This document shows, piece by piece, positions 26,850 through 36,389 of a DNA stretch of 64,000 bases (its first letter is position 1; each line of letters starts with the position of its first letter). Both the position numbers and the translations under genes were made by a program. The notes beneath the pieces are model-generated. The model worked only from the letters and a program-made list of their open reading frames with translations. It searched no databases and had not been told where the DNA came from. The DNA comes from Pyrinomonadaceae bacterium (GTDB lineage: Bacteria; Acidobacteriota; Blastocatellia; Pyrinomonadales; Pyrinomonadaceae): assembly GCA_046313635.1 (NCBI GenBank), contig JBKBYA010000001.1, positions 128,001 through 192,000 of the forward strand, in the 5' to 3' direction.

Positions 26850-28157
26850 TCACCGCTTGGGCGTGATCTTCCACAGCTCTCCGTCGCGCTCGTCCGTAAC
26901 GACGTAAAGCGCGCCGTCCGGCCCCTGCCGCACGTCGCGGATGCGTCGGCCGCGGTCGGTCAGCAGATGCTCTTCGCCGATCACGCGTCCGTCTTTCAGG
27001 ACAAGACGCACAAGCCTCTTCGAAGCGAGTCCTCCGATAAACACATTCCCTCGCCAGGCCGGAAAAGCGTTCCCTGTGTAGAACTGCATTCCCGACGGGG
27101 CGATCACCGGGTCCCAATAATAAACAGGGTCGACGTAGCCTTCGCGGCGTGTGGCCGCGCCCGGGATGGCCTCGCCCGAGTATTCTTCGCCAAAAGACTG
27201 CACCGGCCAGCCGTAGTTCTTGCCCTTTTCGATCAGGTTAAGCTCGTCGCCGCCGCGCGGCCCGTGCTCGACCGTCCATAGGCGCCCATTCTCGTCAAAG
27301 GCGGCCGACTGGATGTTGCGGTGGCCGAGCGCCCAGATCTCAGGCAGCGCGCCTGCCTGCTTGGCGAAGGGATTGTCCGCCGGCGCCGTGCCGTCCGGAT
27401 CGATGCGTATGATCTTGCCGAGATGATTGTCCAGCTGCTGCACGCGCGGGCGATTGGGCCGGTCAAAGCGGTCGCCGAGCGTGATGTACAGCTTGCCGTC
27501 GGGGCCGAACGCGAGCCGTGAACCGAAGTGCAAACCGTTGTCGTATGTCGGCATCGCGCGAAAGACGATGCGGACGTTCTCGAGATTTCGCCGGTCTTCG
27601 CTCAAACGCCCGCGTGCGACGCTCGTCCCGCTGCCGCCCTCGCGCTGCTCCGAAAAGCTCCAAAAGATCGTGCGGTCCTTGGCAAAATTTGGGCTGAGCG
27701 CGACGTCGAGAAGCCCGCCCTGCCCCCGCGCCGTGATCGGCGGCAGGCCGCCCTGCGAACTAGCGCTCGAGACCCCGCCCTGCGCGGCCGCCGGCAGCAG
27801 CCCGCCGATCGGCTGGCCGATCACGCCGTTTGCCGAGACGATGCGCAAATTTCCGGGTTTTTCGGTGACCAGAAAGTCGCCGTTCGGCAGCGGTTCGACG
27901 GCCCACGGCCGGTCGAGTCCCTTTGCGATAACGGTGACGTCAAACGCGACCTCAGACGTGACCGCGCAGACGCGGGTTTGTCCTGGAAAGGACGGTTGCT
28001 GACTCGCGGCATTCGGCTCCGCGGTCTCGACCGGCCGGCACGCTTGCGGCGTCGAGGCCGTGCTCGCCGGCTTTGGCGTTCGGGGATTCTGCGCGCAGGC
28101 GGCGCCCGCGCTCAAGGACAATACTGCGAAGAGAGAGGCCGTTCGAACTTTTTTCAT
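26850..28157 (-). CDS. PQQ-dependent sugar dehydrogenase (YliI/Asd family)
   Basis: Signal peptide; GQGGLLDV, HFGSRL, LGHRN, EHGPRGGDELN, NYGWP, IAPSG, RIRDV. Confidence 0.93.
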   Translation of the reverse strand: MKKVRTASLFAVLSLSAGAACAQNPRTPKPASTASTPQACRPVETAEPNAASQQPSFPGQTRVCAVTSEVAFDVTVIAKGLDRPWAVEPLPNGDFLVTEKPGNLRIVSANGVIGQPIGGLLPAAAQGGVSSASSQGGLPPITARGQGGLLDVALSPNFAKDRTIFWSFSEQREGGSGTSVARGRLSEDRRNLENVRIVFRAMPTYDNGLHFGSRLAFGPDGKLYITLGDRFDRPNRPRVQQLDNHLGKIIRIDPDGTAPADNPFAKQAGALPEIWALGHRNIQSAAFDENGRLWTVEHGPRGGDELNLIEKGKNYGWPVQSFGEEYSGEAIPGAATRREGYVDPVYYWDPVIAPSGMQFYTGNAFPAWRGNVFIGGLASKRLVRLVLKDGRVIGEEHLLTDRGRRIRDVRQGPDGALYVVTDERDGELWKITPKR

Positions 28158-28379
28158 AAATAAACCCGCATTTCAAAGGCTCGCGCGGCCATCCGCACAA
28201 AGACCGGGCCGCTGATGCAATTATCCACCATCGACGCCAAACCCGGAACCGCCTCGGATCTATCGCGGCCGCCGCCCGTTGCCGTTTGGACAAAACGGGT
28301 GCATATTCGTCTCGAAAACGCGCCGCGATCGCATGCCGTCTGCGGGGCGCTCCTACGATCAAGATCCAGAGGAGAAAAT

Positions 28380-28925
28380 ATGAAGACCAAGATCACATTG
28401 CTTTTTGCAGCCGCGATGCTGCTTGCCGCGGCCTGCAATCAGGCGAGCGCGCCCGGCAAGCCCGAATCGGCAAAGGCCGATAACTCCAGCCCAGTAAAGA
28501 GTGACGCCGCCAAGCCCTCGGTCGATCGTGCCGCGGAGGAAAAAGCGATCCGCGAAGCAGACATCGCCTGGTCAAACGCGACGGGGAAAAAAGATGTCGA
28601 GGCGGCGATGGCCTTTATCGCCGACGATGCCGTAATGCTGCCGCCGAACGCCCCGATGCTGAGCGGCAAAGAGGCCGTCAAAAAAGAGTGGAACAACATG
28701 ATGGCCCTCAACGACCTGTCGATCAAATGGGAGCCGACCAAGGTGCAGGTCGCCGAGAGCGGAGATATCGGCTACACGATCGGCACCTACGAGATGTCTT
28801 TCACCGACCCCAAGGCCGGCAAGGTAAACGATAAGGGCAAGTACGTCGAGATCTGGAAAAAGGTGAACGGCAAATGGGTATGTCAGTACGATATGTACAA
28901 CTCCGACATTCCGGCCGCCAAGTGA
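28380..28925 (+). CDS. Lipoprotein with NTF2/SnoaL-like (DUF4440) domain
   Basis: GGAG SD; lipobox LAAAC; AESGDIGYT.G.Y...DKGKYVEIWKK..GKW. Confidence 0.85.
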   Translation: MKTKITLLFAAAMLLAAACNQASAPGKPESAKADNSSPVKSDAAKPSVDRAAEEKAIREADIAWSNATGKKDVEAAMAFIADDAVMLPPNAPMLSGKEAVKKEWNNMMALNDLSIKWEPTKVQVAESGDIGYTIGTYEMSFTDPKAGKVNDKGKYVEIWKKVNGKWVCQYDMYNSDIPAAK

Positions 28926-28935
28926 ACCGTGACCT

Positions 28936-29331
28936 ATGACGACGGAAACGCGACGAATAGATCCTTCAAGCGTTGACGAGTACATCGCCGCGTTTCCGCC
29001 TGCTGTCCAAACGATGCTGCTCGAGCTTCGCCGCACGATCACGCTGGCGGCGCCGGCGGCGGCTGTAGAGACGATCAGCTACAAGATCCCGGCATTCAAA
29101 TTGAGCGGCAAGCCGCTCGTATACTTTGCCGCGTACCGCGATCACGTCAGCATCTACCCGGCGCCGCGCAGCGCGCCGGAATTTGAGAAAGAGCTCGCCC
29201 GGTACAAAGGCGGCAAGGGGACGGTGCAATTCCCGCTCGACAAAAGGCTGCCGCTCGACCTCGTCCGCCGCATCGTCAGATATCGCGCCGGGCTCGTCGC
29301 TAAATCGAAAACCAAAGGAGGCTCCGAATGA
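28936..29331 (+). CDS. DUF1801 (YdhG-like) protein
   Basis: VDEYIA.FP, ETISYKIPAF, YFAAY..H, KGTVQFP. Confidence 0.88.
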   Translation: MTTETRRIDPSSVDEYIAAFPPAVQTMLLELRRTITLAAPAAAVETISYKIPAFKLSGKPLVYFAAYRDHVSIYPAPRSAPEFEKELARYKGGKGTVQFPLDKRLPLDLVRRIVRYRAGLVAKSKTKGGSE

Positions 29332-29663
29332 TCGGCAGCTACAATGAATTCTGGGACTTTTACGTGCAGGAGCATTCGAGGCCGGCGACTCGCGTGCTGC
29401 ATCTCGTCGGCACGACGCTCGGCCTGGCGCTGCTCGTCTGGTTCGTCGCGACCGGCAGGTGGTATTACTTTCCGCTCTTCTTCGTCGTCGGCTACGCGTT
29501 TGCGTGGTTCGCGCACTTCGTTATCGAAAAGAATCGGCCGGCGACGTTCAAGTATCCTGTCTGGTCGTTTATCAGCGACTTCAAAATGATCTGGCTGATG
29601 TTCACCGGACGGATGGGCCGCGAGGTCGAGCGCGTGATGCGCTCGTCACGCGAAGCTGCGTGA
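29328..29663 (+). CDS. DUF962 / Mpo1-like membrane protein
   Basis: EFW.FY..EH....R.LH.VG, GY.FAW..HF..EKNRPATF.YP.WS...DF. Confidence 0.9.
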   Translation: MIGSYNEFWDFYVQEHSRPATRVLHLVGTTLGLALLVWFVATGRWYYFPLFFVVGYAFAWFAHFVIEKNRPATFKYPVWSFISDFKMIWLMFTGRMGREVERVMRSSREAA

Positions 29664-30644
29664 GACGAGCTCGAGCGCGCGGTCGTAGCGATAAGAGACG
29701 TTGAAGTGCCCGTCGTCAAACTCCTCGCGAATGTGCTCGACGCCGTGAGCGCCGAGCCGCTCTGACAAGATCCTCGCGCCGATGTCGAGAGCAAACTCGT
29801 CACGCGTCCCAGCGTCAAGAAATAAGAGCCTTAACGAGCGAAGCGCGTCGGCATACTTTTTGACCATGCGGACCGGGTCGTGCGCGAGCCATCGCTGCCA
29901 GACTTCCGGTCGCAGCTCGCCGGTGTCGAGATCGAAGGGCAGATCAAATCCGCCGTCGAGAGTCGGCGAGTAGCACGCGCTCATCCCGATGACGTTGAGG
30001 CCCGGGAAGTCGTGCTTGCTCTTTTTCTCGTCGTTCCACATTTTTTCGACCAGGGCCGCCGCGTCGCCCTTTATCGCGCGAAAAGCCTTTGGCAGGTCGG
30101 GCAGGTAGCAGTATTCGAAATACGCGTCGCCGCTGATCGATGCGACGAGACCAAAAACATCCGCGTGCCTCATGCCCATCACGAGAGCGCCGTAGCCGCC
30201 GGAGGATTTGCCCATGACCGCACGCGCGTCGCGCGTCGCAAGCGTGCGAAAGTTCTCGTCGACAAACGGCACGATCTCAGCGGTCAGATGATCTTCGTAC
30301 CGGCCGGTCGCCGTCGAGTTTATGTACTGCGAGCCGCCGTAGTACGTGAAGCAGTCGGGCAGCACGGCGATCATCGGCCGGATCGTGCCCGCGGCGATCA
30401 GGCGGTCCAAACGCTCGGGAAATGTCGGGGCAAATGCGCTGTCGTTCAGCATCATCCGCCCGCGGCCCGTAAAGCCCGAGAGAACGTAAACGACCGGCAG
30501 CCGATCGTCGCCGCTCTCGTAGCCCGGCGGCGTGTAAACGATCACCTCGCGCTCGTGCGGATCGCCGAGCGGATTGCCCCTGAGAACCTCGCTCTCGTGC
30601 CGGAGAAAATGGACTTTTCCTTGCGGATAACTTTCGCGGATCAT
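29646..30644 (-). CDS. Esterase, alpha/beta hydrolase (Fes-like)
   Basis: VYTPPGY, GGSQYINS, GKSSGGYG nucleophile elbow, DDGH. Confidence 0.85.
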   Translation of the reverse strand: MIRESYPQGKVHFLRHESEVLRGNPLGDPHEREVIVYTPPGYESGDDRLPVVYVLSGFTGRGRMMLNDSAFAPTFPERLDRLIAAGTIRPMIAVLPDCFTYYGGSQYINSTATGRYEDHLTAEIVPFVDENFRTLATRDARAVMGKSSGGYGALVMGMRHADVFGLVASISGDAYFEYCYLPDLPKAFRAIKGDAAALVEKMWNDEKKSKHDFPGLNVIGMSACYSPTLDGGFDLPFDLDTGELRPEVWQRWLAHDPVRMVKKYADALRSLRLLFLDAGTRDEFALDIGARILSERLGAHGVEHIREEFDDGHFNVSYRYDRALELVSRSFA

Positions 30645-30646
30645 AT

Positions 30647-30832
30647 AGTCAGTGGTCAGTGGTCAGTGGTCGGAGGTCGGAGGTCGGTTGTCAGTATGCC
30701 TTGAGCGTCTCAACGAAACAATTTCGAGAGTCGCCAACTGCCGACGATAAATCATCCGATAACCAAAAACCAAAAACCAAAAACCAAAAACGAACAACGA
30801 ACAACGAACAACGACCGACCACCGATAACCGC
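30647..30832. repeat. Compound heptamer repeat tract with inverted arms in a divergent spacer
   Basis: AGTGGTC/GGAGGTC units, then AACCAAA x4, AACGAAC x3 and GACC units. Confidence 0.9.
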
Positions 30833-30834
30833 TC

Positions 30835-31473
30835 ATGTCTTCTAACGATCTCGTAAATATCAACCCGAACGCGCTCAACTCGACGATCGAGTTTCTGACC
30901 GCGATGGTCACGCCGACGTTGCTGATCTCGGCGACGGGCTCGCTCGTGCTTTCGACATCGACGCGCCTGGGGCGTGTCGTCGACCGCGTCCGCGATCTCG
31001 AGAAGCGGCTCGGCGAGCTGATCTACGTCGAGGACAAATCCGAGGTGCCGCTCTACGACCAGCGGGTCGAGGTGATCGTCGATCTGCTCGACAAGGTCAC
31101 GAGCCGCTCGCGCATACTGCAGCGTGCGATGGCGGCGTTCTATTACGGTCTCGGATTTTTTATCCTGACGAGCGTCGCGATCGCGATGGGCGGGCTCTTT
31201 AATATTCTCGCATTCAGATGGCTGCCGATACCGATCGGTGTGGTGGGGATCGTCTTTCTGTTCTACGGCAGCCTGCTGATGCTCAAAGAGACGCGAATGG
31301 CGACGGCGACGGTCAACGCCGAGATGGATTTTACGTGGGAGCTCGCACGCCGCGTCGCACCGAAAGAGATCGCGAGCAAATACGATCGCAAGGGAAAGCT
31401 CGGCGGCCTCAATACCGCAAAGCGTAAGGACAAAGATGGACCCAGGGTATCTAACACTCTTGGCGGCGAATGA
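30835..31473 (+). CDS. DUF2721-family membrane protein
   Basis: AMVTP.LLISA.G......S.RLGRVVDR.R plus TM pair. Confidence 0.8.
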   Translation: MSSNDLVNINPNALNSTIEFLTAMVTPTLLISATGSLVLSTSTRLGRVVDRVRDLEKRLGELIYVEDKSEVPLYDQRVEVIVDLLDKVTSRSRILQRAMAAFYYGLGFFILTSVAIAMGGLFNILAFRWLPIPIGVVGIVFLFYGSLLMLKETRMATATVNAEMDFTWELARRVAPKEIASKYDRKGKLGGLNTAKRKDKDGPRVSNTLGGE

Positions 31474-32446
31474 GCTGCACGCGCGTGTCCGTGCGCTCGA
31501 GTCGCTCCTCGCGGCGTGCACCGTTTGCCCCAAAGACTGCGGCAACGATCGTCTAAGTGACGAGATCGCGGCGTGCTATTCCGGACGTTTGCCGATCGTC
31601 TCGTCGTACACGGCGCACTTTGGCGAGGAGCCGTGCCTGTCTGGCACCGGCGGCGCGGGCAATATCTTTTTCGGCAACTGCAATCTTCGCTGCGTGTACT
31701 GCCAGAATTACCAGATCTCGCAGACGTGGCGCGAGCAGCGAAAGAACGAAGTTACGCACGAACGCCTCGCCGAGATGATGCTCGAGCTGCAGGCGAAAGG
31801 CTGTCACAACATCGGCTTTGTCTCGCCCACGCACTTCGCACCGCAGATGGCCCGGGCGATCCTGATCGCCGCCGAAAAAGGCCTGCGGCTGCCGATCGTC
31901 TATAACACCAACGCGTACGACTCGGTCGAGGTGTTGCGGCTGCTCGACGGCATCGTCGACGTTTATCTGCCCGATCTGAAGTACGCCGACTCGGACGCGG
32001 GATTTCAATATTCGAAGGTGCGCGATTATGCCGTCCACGCGCGTGCGGCGATCAAGGAGATGCACCGGCAGATGGGCGACTCGCTCGTCTTCGGCGACGA
32101 CGGCCTGCTCAAACGCGGACTGCTCATTCGCCTGCTCGTTTTGCCGAACGACATCGCCGAGATCGAAACTAATCTACGCTGGATCCGCGACGAGCTCTCG
32201 CCCAAAACCGCCATCTCGCTGATGGCCCAGTACTACGCCACCAACACGGCCGCGACAGACGAACGCTACATTCTCCTGTCGCGCCGCATCTCAGAGGGCG
32301 AATGGTTCGAAGCCGTCTCTTTGCTCGAAGAGCTCGGGATGGAAGAAGGCTTTATGCAGGAGTACGAGTCGGCCTCGCATTACTACCGGCCGGATTTTAC
32401 GGACAAGGAGAAGCCGTTCAAGGACATTAGGGACTTTCAAAATTGA
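31436..32446 (+). CDS. Radical SAM protein, PflX-like
   Basis: C..CP..C, HFGEEP.LSG..G.G.IFF..CNLRCVYCQN, GCHNI.FVSPTH, YLPDLKY. Confidence 0.9.
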   Translation: MDPGYLTLLAANELHARVRALESLLAACTVCPKDCGNDRLSDEIAACYSGRLPIVSSYTAHFGEEPCLSGTGGAGNIFFGNCNLRCVYCQNYQISQTWREQRKNEVTHERLAEMMLELQAKGCHNIGFVSPTHFAPQMARAILIAAEKGLRLPIVYNTNAYDSVEVLRLLDGIVDVYLPDLKYADSDAGFQYSKVRDYAVHARAAIKEMHRQMGDSLVFGDDGLLKRGLLIRLLVLPNDIAEIETNLRWIRDELSPKTAISLMAQYYATNTAATDERYILLSRRISEGEWFEAVSLLEELGMEEGFMQEYESASHYYRPDFTDKEKPFKDIRDFQN

Positions 32447-32451
32447 ATCTT

Positions 32452-32545
32452 TCTCTGCGTCCGTTGCGGCTCACTTTGCGTTCTTTGCGTTTAGAAGAGT
32501 GTCAACCGCAAAGGCCGCAAAGGATCACGCAAAGGACGCAAAAGA
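32452..32545. repeat. 9-nt-periodic inverted repeat (TTTGCG/CGCAAAG arms)
   Basis: ctctgcgtccgttgcggctcactttgcgttctttgcg ... cgcaaaggccgcaaaggatcacgcaaaggacgcaaa. Confidence 0.85.
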
Positions 32546-32556
32546 GGAGAAGAACG

Positions 32557-33024
32557 ATGAATATCGGCGACGCCGCACCTGACTTCACATTGCGAGATGG
32601 CGATGGACGCGATTGGTCGCTCGGCGATCATCGCGGCAAGACGGTCGTTCTGCTTTTTTATCCTGGCGACAACACGCCGGTCTGTACAGCGCAGCTTTGT
32701 TCGGTGCGGGACCATTGGTCGGAGTATCAGGCGACCGGAGCCGAGGTCGTCGGGATATCGACCGACACGGTCGAGTCGCACAAGGGCTTTGCCGCAAAGC
32801 ACCAGCTTCCGCTGCGCCTGTTGTCGGACCCGAACGGCGAGGTTTCGGCAAAGTACGGGATGAAGTCGTGGCTGCCCGGCCGCTCGGCCCGCGGCGTTGT
32901 GGTGATCGACGGCGACGGCAAGGTCGCTTACAGCAAAGTGCAGCCGCTCAGCCTGTTTCGTCCCAAGGACAACGACGTGCTCGACGCGATCAAACAAGCC
33001 CAAAGGCAGAAACACGAGCGGTAG
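32557..33024 (+). CDS. Peroxiredoxin, BCP/PrxQ type
   Basis: APDFTL, FYPGDNTPVCTAQLC, GIS.D...H..F, LLSDP; GAGGAG SD. Confidence 0.9.
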   Translation: MNIGDAAPDFTLRDGDGRDWSLGDHRGKTVVLLFYPGDNTPVCTAQLCSVRDHWSEYQATGAEVVGISTDTVESHKGFAAKHQLPLRLLSDPNGEVSAKYGMKSWLPGRSARGVVVIDGDGKVAYSKVQPLSLFRPKDNDVLDAIKQAQRQKHER

Positions 33025-33039
33025 CGAGTGTGTCCGCCG

Positions 33040-33122
33040 AGAAGTCAGAATTCAGAAGTCAGAAATCAGACGCCAGAGCCGGCAGCTCGTATGCTGACGT
33101 CCGACCTCTGAATTCTCCGACC
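33040..33122. repeat. Heptamer inverted-repeat element
   Basis: AGAAGTC/AGAATTC x4 ... CTGAC/CTGAATTCT arm. Confidence 0.75.
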
Positions 33123-33178
33123 CGCACACTCTCCGCGGACCGTGCTTCTGTCGGCGGTGAATTTGATAACATTAAACT

Positions 33179-33475
33179 ATGGCTTTATTCGGTGGAGATA
33201 AATTCAAATGCGCCCGCTGCGGGCAGAAGGGCGAGGCTCTCGGCTACGCGCCGATCCCGACCGAGCTCGGGCAAAAGATCGGCAGCGAGATCTGCAAGGA
33301 CTGCTGGGCCGAGTGGCAGACAAAGCAGAAGCAGCTGATCAACCACTTCGGCCTCGACGTTTCGAATCCCGATTCGCACCAGTTCCTCTTTGACCAGATG
33401 AAGATCTTTTTCTTCAACGAGGGCGTCGACCTCGCGCAGATCGACACGTCGAAGGAAGGGTCGGTCAACTGGTGA
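33179..33475 (+). CDS. YggX-like Fe(II)-trafficking / oxidative damage protection protein
   Basis: P.P.ELG..I...I...CW.EW...Q..LIN..GL......FL..QM..FFF. Confidence 0.85.
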   Translation: MALFGGDKFKCARCGQKGEALGYAPIPTELGQKIGSEICKDCWAEWQTKQKQLINHFGLDVSNPDSHQFLFDQMKIFFFNEGVDLAQIDTSKEGSVNW

Positions 33476-33479
33476 GCGG

Positions 33480-33556
33480 TCAGTTCGGAGTTCAGGGTTC
33501 GGAGTTCAGGGTTCAGGGTTCGGAGTTCAGGGTTCAGGGTTCGGAATTCAGGGTTG
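33480..33556. repeat. Heptamer tandem repeat
   Basis: ~10 alternating GGAGTTC/AGGGTTC units. Confidence 0.9.
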
Positions 33557-33608
33557 AAGTACTAGACCTTCGTGCTCAAATCTTGAGATCGTAGGTCTCG
33601 AGAGCCGC

Positions 33609-34307
33609 TTGATGATGTTGGAGACAGGCGTCGAATACATCAACGAGATCTTTGACGCCGACATCGTCAGCCCCCGACAGCTCGACCTGCTGCTCGCCGA
33701 CGGCTGGCGGCACTTCGGCACGCACTTCTTCAGATACAGCTTTGCGTTTTACGACCTCGATATCCGGCGCGTGATACCGCTGAGGATCAGGCTATCTGAC
33801 TTTAGCCTCTCAAAAAGCCAGCGCCGCGTGCTGCGCAAAAATTCAGACCTGCACACAGAGATCGGCCCGATCACGATAACACCCGAATCCGAACTTCTCT
33901 TTGACCGGCACAAGCGCCGCTTTAGCCAGGGCGTGCCCGACTCGATCTACGACTTTTTGTCGCGCGAACCGGCGCGGGTACCGTGCGAAGCGCGCCAGGT
34001 CGCGGTCTATGACGATCAAGACGAGCTCGTCGCCGTCAGCTACTTCGATCTCGGCGCGGTGTCGGCGTCCGGTATCTACGCGATGTTTGCGCCCGAGGCG
34101 TCGGCGCGAGGTCTCGGGATCTTTACGATGCTCAAAGAGATCGAATTCGCCATCGCGACCGGCAGAGAGTTTTACTATCAGGGCTACTCGTACGAGGGCT
34201 CGTCGTTCTACGACTACAAGAAGCGCTTTGCGGGGACCGAAAGCTTCGACTGGCAGGGCAATTGGTCGAGCTTTGAGCATAACGACGCGGACGGACAAGC
34301 GCGGTGA
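33609..34307 (+). CDS. Arginyl/leucyl-tRNA-protein transferase (ATE/Bpt family)
   Basis: LLA.GWR.FG, SKSQRRVL.KN.DL, SGIY.MF.P...RGLG.F.ML.EI, YY.GY...YK; exact start uncertain. Confidence 0.8.
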   Translation: MMMLETGVEYINEIFDADIVSPRQLDLLLADGWRHFGTHFFRYSFAFYDLDIRRVIPLRIRLSDFSLSKSQRRVLRKNSDLHTEIGPITITPESELLFDRHKRRFSQGVPDSIYDFLSREPARVPCEARQVAVYDDQDELVAVSYFDLGAVSASGIYAMFAPEASARGLGIFTMLKEIEFAIATGREFYYQGYSYEGSSFYDYKKRFAGTESFDWQGNWSSFEHNDADGQAR

Positions 34308-34343
34308 ACGACCTCACTTGTCCGCCCGCCGATGCCTGCGAGA

Positions 34344-34904
34344 TCAACTTGCGAGACGGTTGTTTTCTAAATGCGCCCTCGACGCCGCGATGTGCGCGTC
34401 GAATGCTCCGGCAAAAGCCTGCCGCATAAATTCCGGCTGGGTTATCTCGATGTAGCGCGCCGTCTGCTCGGGCGTCATCACCTCGAGCATGAAGTTGTTC
34501 TCGATCCAGACTTCGACTAATTGAAACAGTCCCTCACCGCGATTGCACACGAGTACTCGCCAGCCTTCACGCTTTGCGATCTCGCGGATCTCGTCGATGC
34601 TCTTTCGCGTGTTGATATTGAGATGCGTAGCGACGTACTGCGGGGCCGAACCTGCCTGCACGAATTTGGCCTCGTAGACCTCGGTCGCGGCGTCGAGATC
34701 GTCGTCGTCCGGCAGACCTTCGCCGGGAACGATCACCGTGCCGGCGGGCGTCACCTCGACCGCGCTTCCGCGGCCGTCGTTGGCAAGCACAAAGTACGAA
34801 TTCGGCGCCGGCGGAAAGGGAAACACCTCGCCGTCCCAGATCTCCGCGAGCACATCGGCAACACGCTTGGGGTCGTTAACTGCTATGGAAATATGATTGA
34901 TCAT
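34344..34904 (-). CDS. Conserved hypothetical protein, VOC/glyoxalase-like
   Basis: AAGGAGG SD; HISIAV.DP.RVA.VLAE, H.NI....S.DEI..IA.REGW, F.LVE.W.EN..MLEV. Confidence 0.75.
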   Translation of the reverse strand: MINHISIAVNDPKRVADVLAEIWDGEVFPFPPAPNSYFVLANDGRGSAVEVTPAGTVIVPGEGLPDDDDLDAATEVYEAKFVQAGSAPQYVATHLNINTRKSIDEIREIAKREGWRVLVCNRGEGLFQLVEVWIENNFMLEVMTPEQTARYIEITQPEFMRQAFAGAFDAHIAASRAHLENNRLAS

Positions 34905-34994
34905 TGCAACAAAAAGCCTCCTTATAAGTTCGGGAGCGATGAGGCTCCGCATGAACAAACGCGAAGGACTCTTGTCGAAAAGATCAACTGCTTC

Positions 34995-36371
34995 TCAGAG
35001 CGATCGGCACCATTCAATGTATTTGGCAGCGTTAAATTTCTTCCCAGTGCTCCCGCTCGTCATATAGCGCATCTTTCCGAAAACCGGCCGCTCCATCCAC
35101 GGCCGGTCGTGCTTGCCAAAGCACCATAGAATTCCGGCGTACGAATTGGGATCGCGGCCGTCGAGGCAATACTTGTTGTTGAGATGCACGAGCGTCTCAA
35201 AGGCGATCTCGTACGTCGGCGACCACGCGATAACATTCTTGCCCCAAAGCATCCGAACGTAATTGTGCATCTCGCCTGTCGCGACCATCTCGCGCTGGGC
35301 GGCGTTCCAAAGTTCGTCGTGCGTTGCGCCGGCCTCAAGCTCCTCGAGCGAGTAGACGAATTGCCGGTCATCGTCGACATGCTCGCGCATCGTCGCCTGC
35401 GCCCACGCCGGCAGTGAGCCGAGCGAATCGTAATTCTGGTTTCGATACGTGAAGTTGAACGACAGCTCGCGCCGCACGATCAGCTCCTCGAGATACGCGT
35501 CCTTTGCGCTCTGCGGGGCATCTGCGTCATCAACTGCCAGCGCGATCTCGAGCGGCGACAGAAAGCCGAAGTGAAGATACGCCGACAGGCGCGACGAGCC
35601 GTCGAGTTCAGGCTTGTTTCGCGTGGTTTCGTAGTGCGGCAGTATCTCGTCGACAAACTTCTTGAGCCGCGCGCGCCCGCTCGCCGTGCCGCCGTGATAG
35701 ATCGGCGACGGCCCGACGGAATGATCGATGTCGCAGCCGGCGACAAGCTCTGCGATGTTGCCCGCATCGACGATCGTTTCGGGACAATCGACGTCGAGGC
35801 CGCGGCCGTCCGTTTCTACAAACTCCTCAGCAAAAGGCTTCAGATAATCCGGCAGCAGCTTTTTGATCTTCGGCCTGATCGTGTATGCGCCGTACTCTTC
35901 CTTTTCAAATTTGTGTATCGGCACGACACCGTTCGAGTCGACGGCGTAGACCGGTATCGACACCCGTCCGGCTATCCGCCGATTGTGCTCGGGGATGATA
36001 AAGCACGGGTAGTCGTCGGTCACGATGCACGCCGCATCTTGCGCTAGACGAGCGACGGTCTGCCTCGGCGAGTCTTCGTTCTGCTGCAGGTAAAAAACGT
36101 ATCGGATGCCGAGCCGCTCAAGCTCGCGCCGCTTTTCTTCGACGCCATCGAGAATGAACGTGTGCAGCCGGTCGCTTGCCCACGGGTAGTAATACTTGAG
36201 TCCCTCGTAAACGACGAGCGGCAGCTTCATCTCGTTCGCCTTGCGGATCGCAAAGACAAGCGCGTGATTGTGCGACGTGCGCTTGTACATCTGCATCCAG
36301 TAGAGGACGTAGCGTGCACGCTTGTTTGTCTCGGAGTCGTTGAGGCGAACGACCCTCTCGTTGATGCGCAT
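34995..36371 (-). CDS. phrB: Deoxyribodipyrimidine photolyase, class II
   Basis: YVLYWMQ...R...NHAL, SRLS.YLHFG, EELIVRRELS.NF, THD.LWNAAQ, GEMHNY.RM.WGK, DGRDPN.Y. Confidence 0.93.
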   Translation of the reverse strand: MRINERVVRLNDSETNKRARYVLYWMQMYKRTSHNHALVFAIRKANEMKLPLVVYEGLKYYYPWASDRLHTFILDGVEEKRRELERLGIRYVFYLQQNEDSPRQTVARLAQDAACIVTDDYPCFIIPEHNRRIAGRVSIPVYAVDSNGVVPIHKFEKEEYGAYTIRPKIKKLLPDYLKPFAEEFVETDGRGLDVDCPETIVDAGNIAELVAGCDIDHSVGPSPIYHGGTASGRARLKKFVDEILPHYETTRNKPELDGSSRLSAYLHFGFLSPLEIALAVDDADAPQSAKDAYLEELIVRRELSFNFTYRNQNYDSLGSLPAWAQATMREHVDDDRQFVYSLEELEAGATHDELWNAAQREMVATGEMHNYVRMLWGKNVIAWSPTYEIAFETLVHLNNKYCLDGRDPNSYAGILWCFGKHDRPWMERPVFGKMRYMTSGSTGKKFNAAKYIEWCRSL

Positions 36372-36389
36372 TGCGGTTATTATAGGGAT

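Noticed and set aside
32443..32556. Long N-terminal extensions on the peroxiredoxin, mqnC, pirin, O-methyltransferase and DUF1905 ORFs
   Set aside because: Read-through of upstream repeat elements (LCAFA/PQRRKDA-type peptides); downstream ATGs match the family starts
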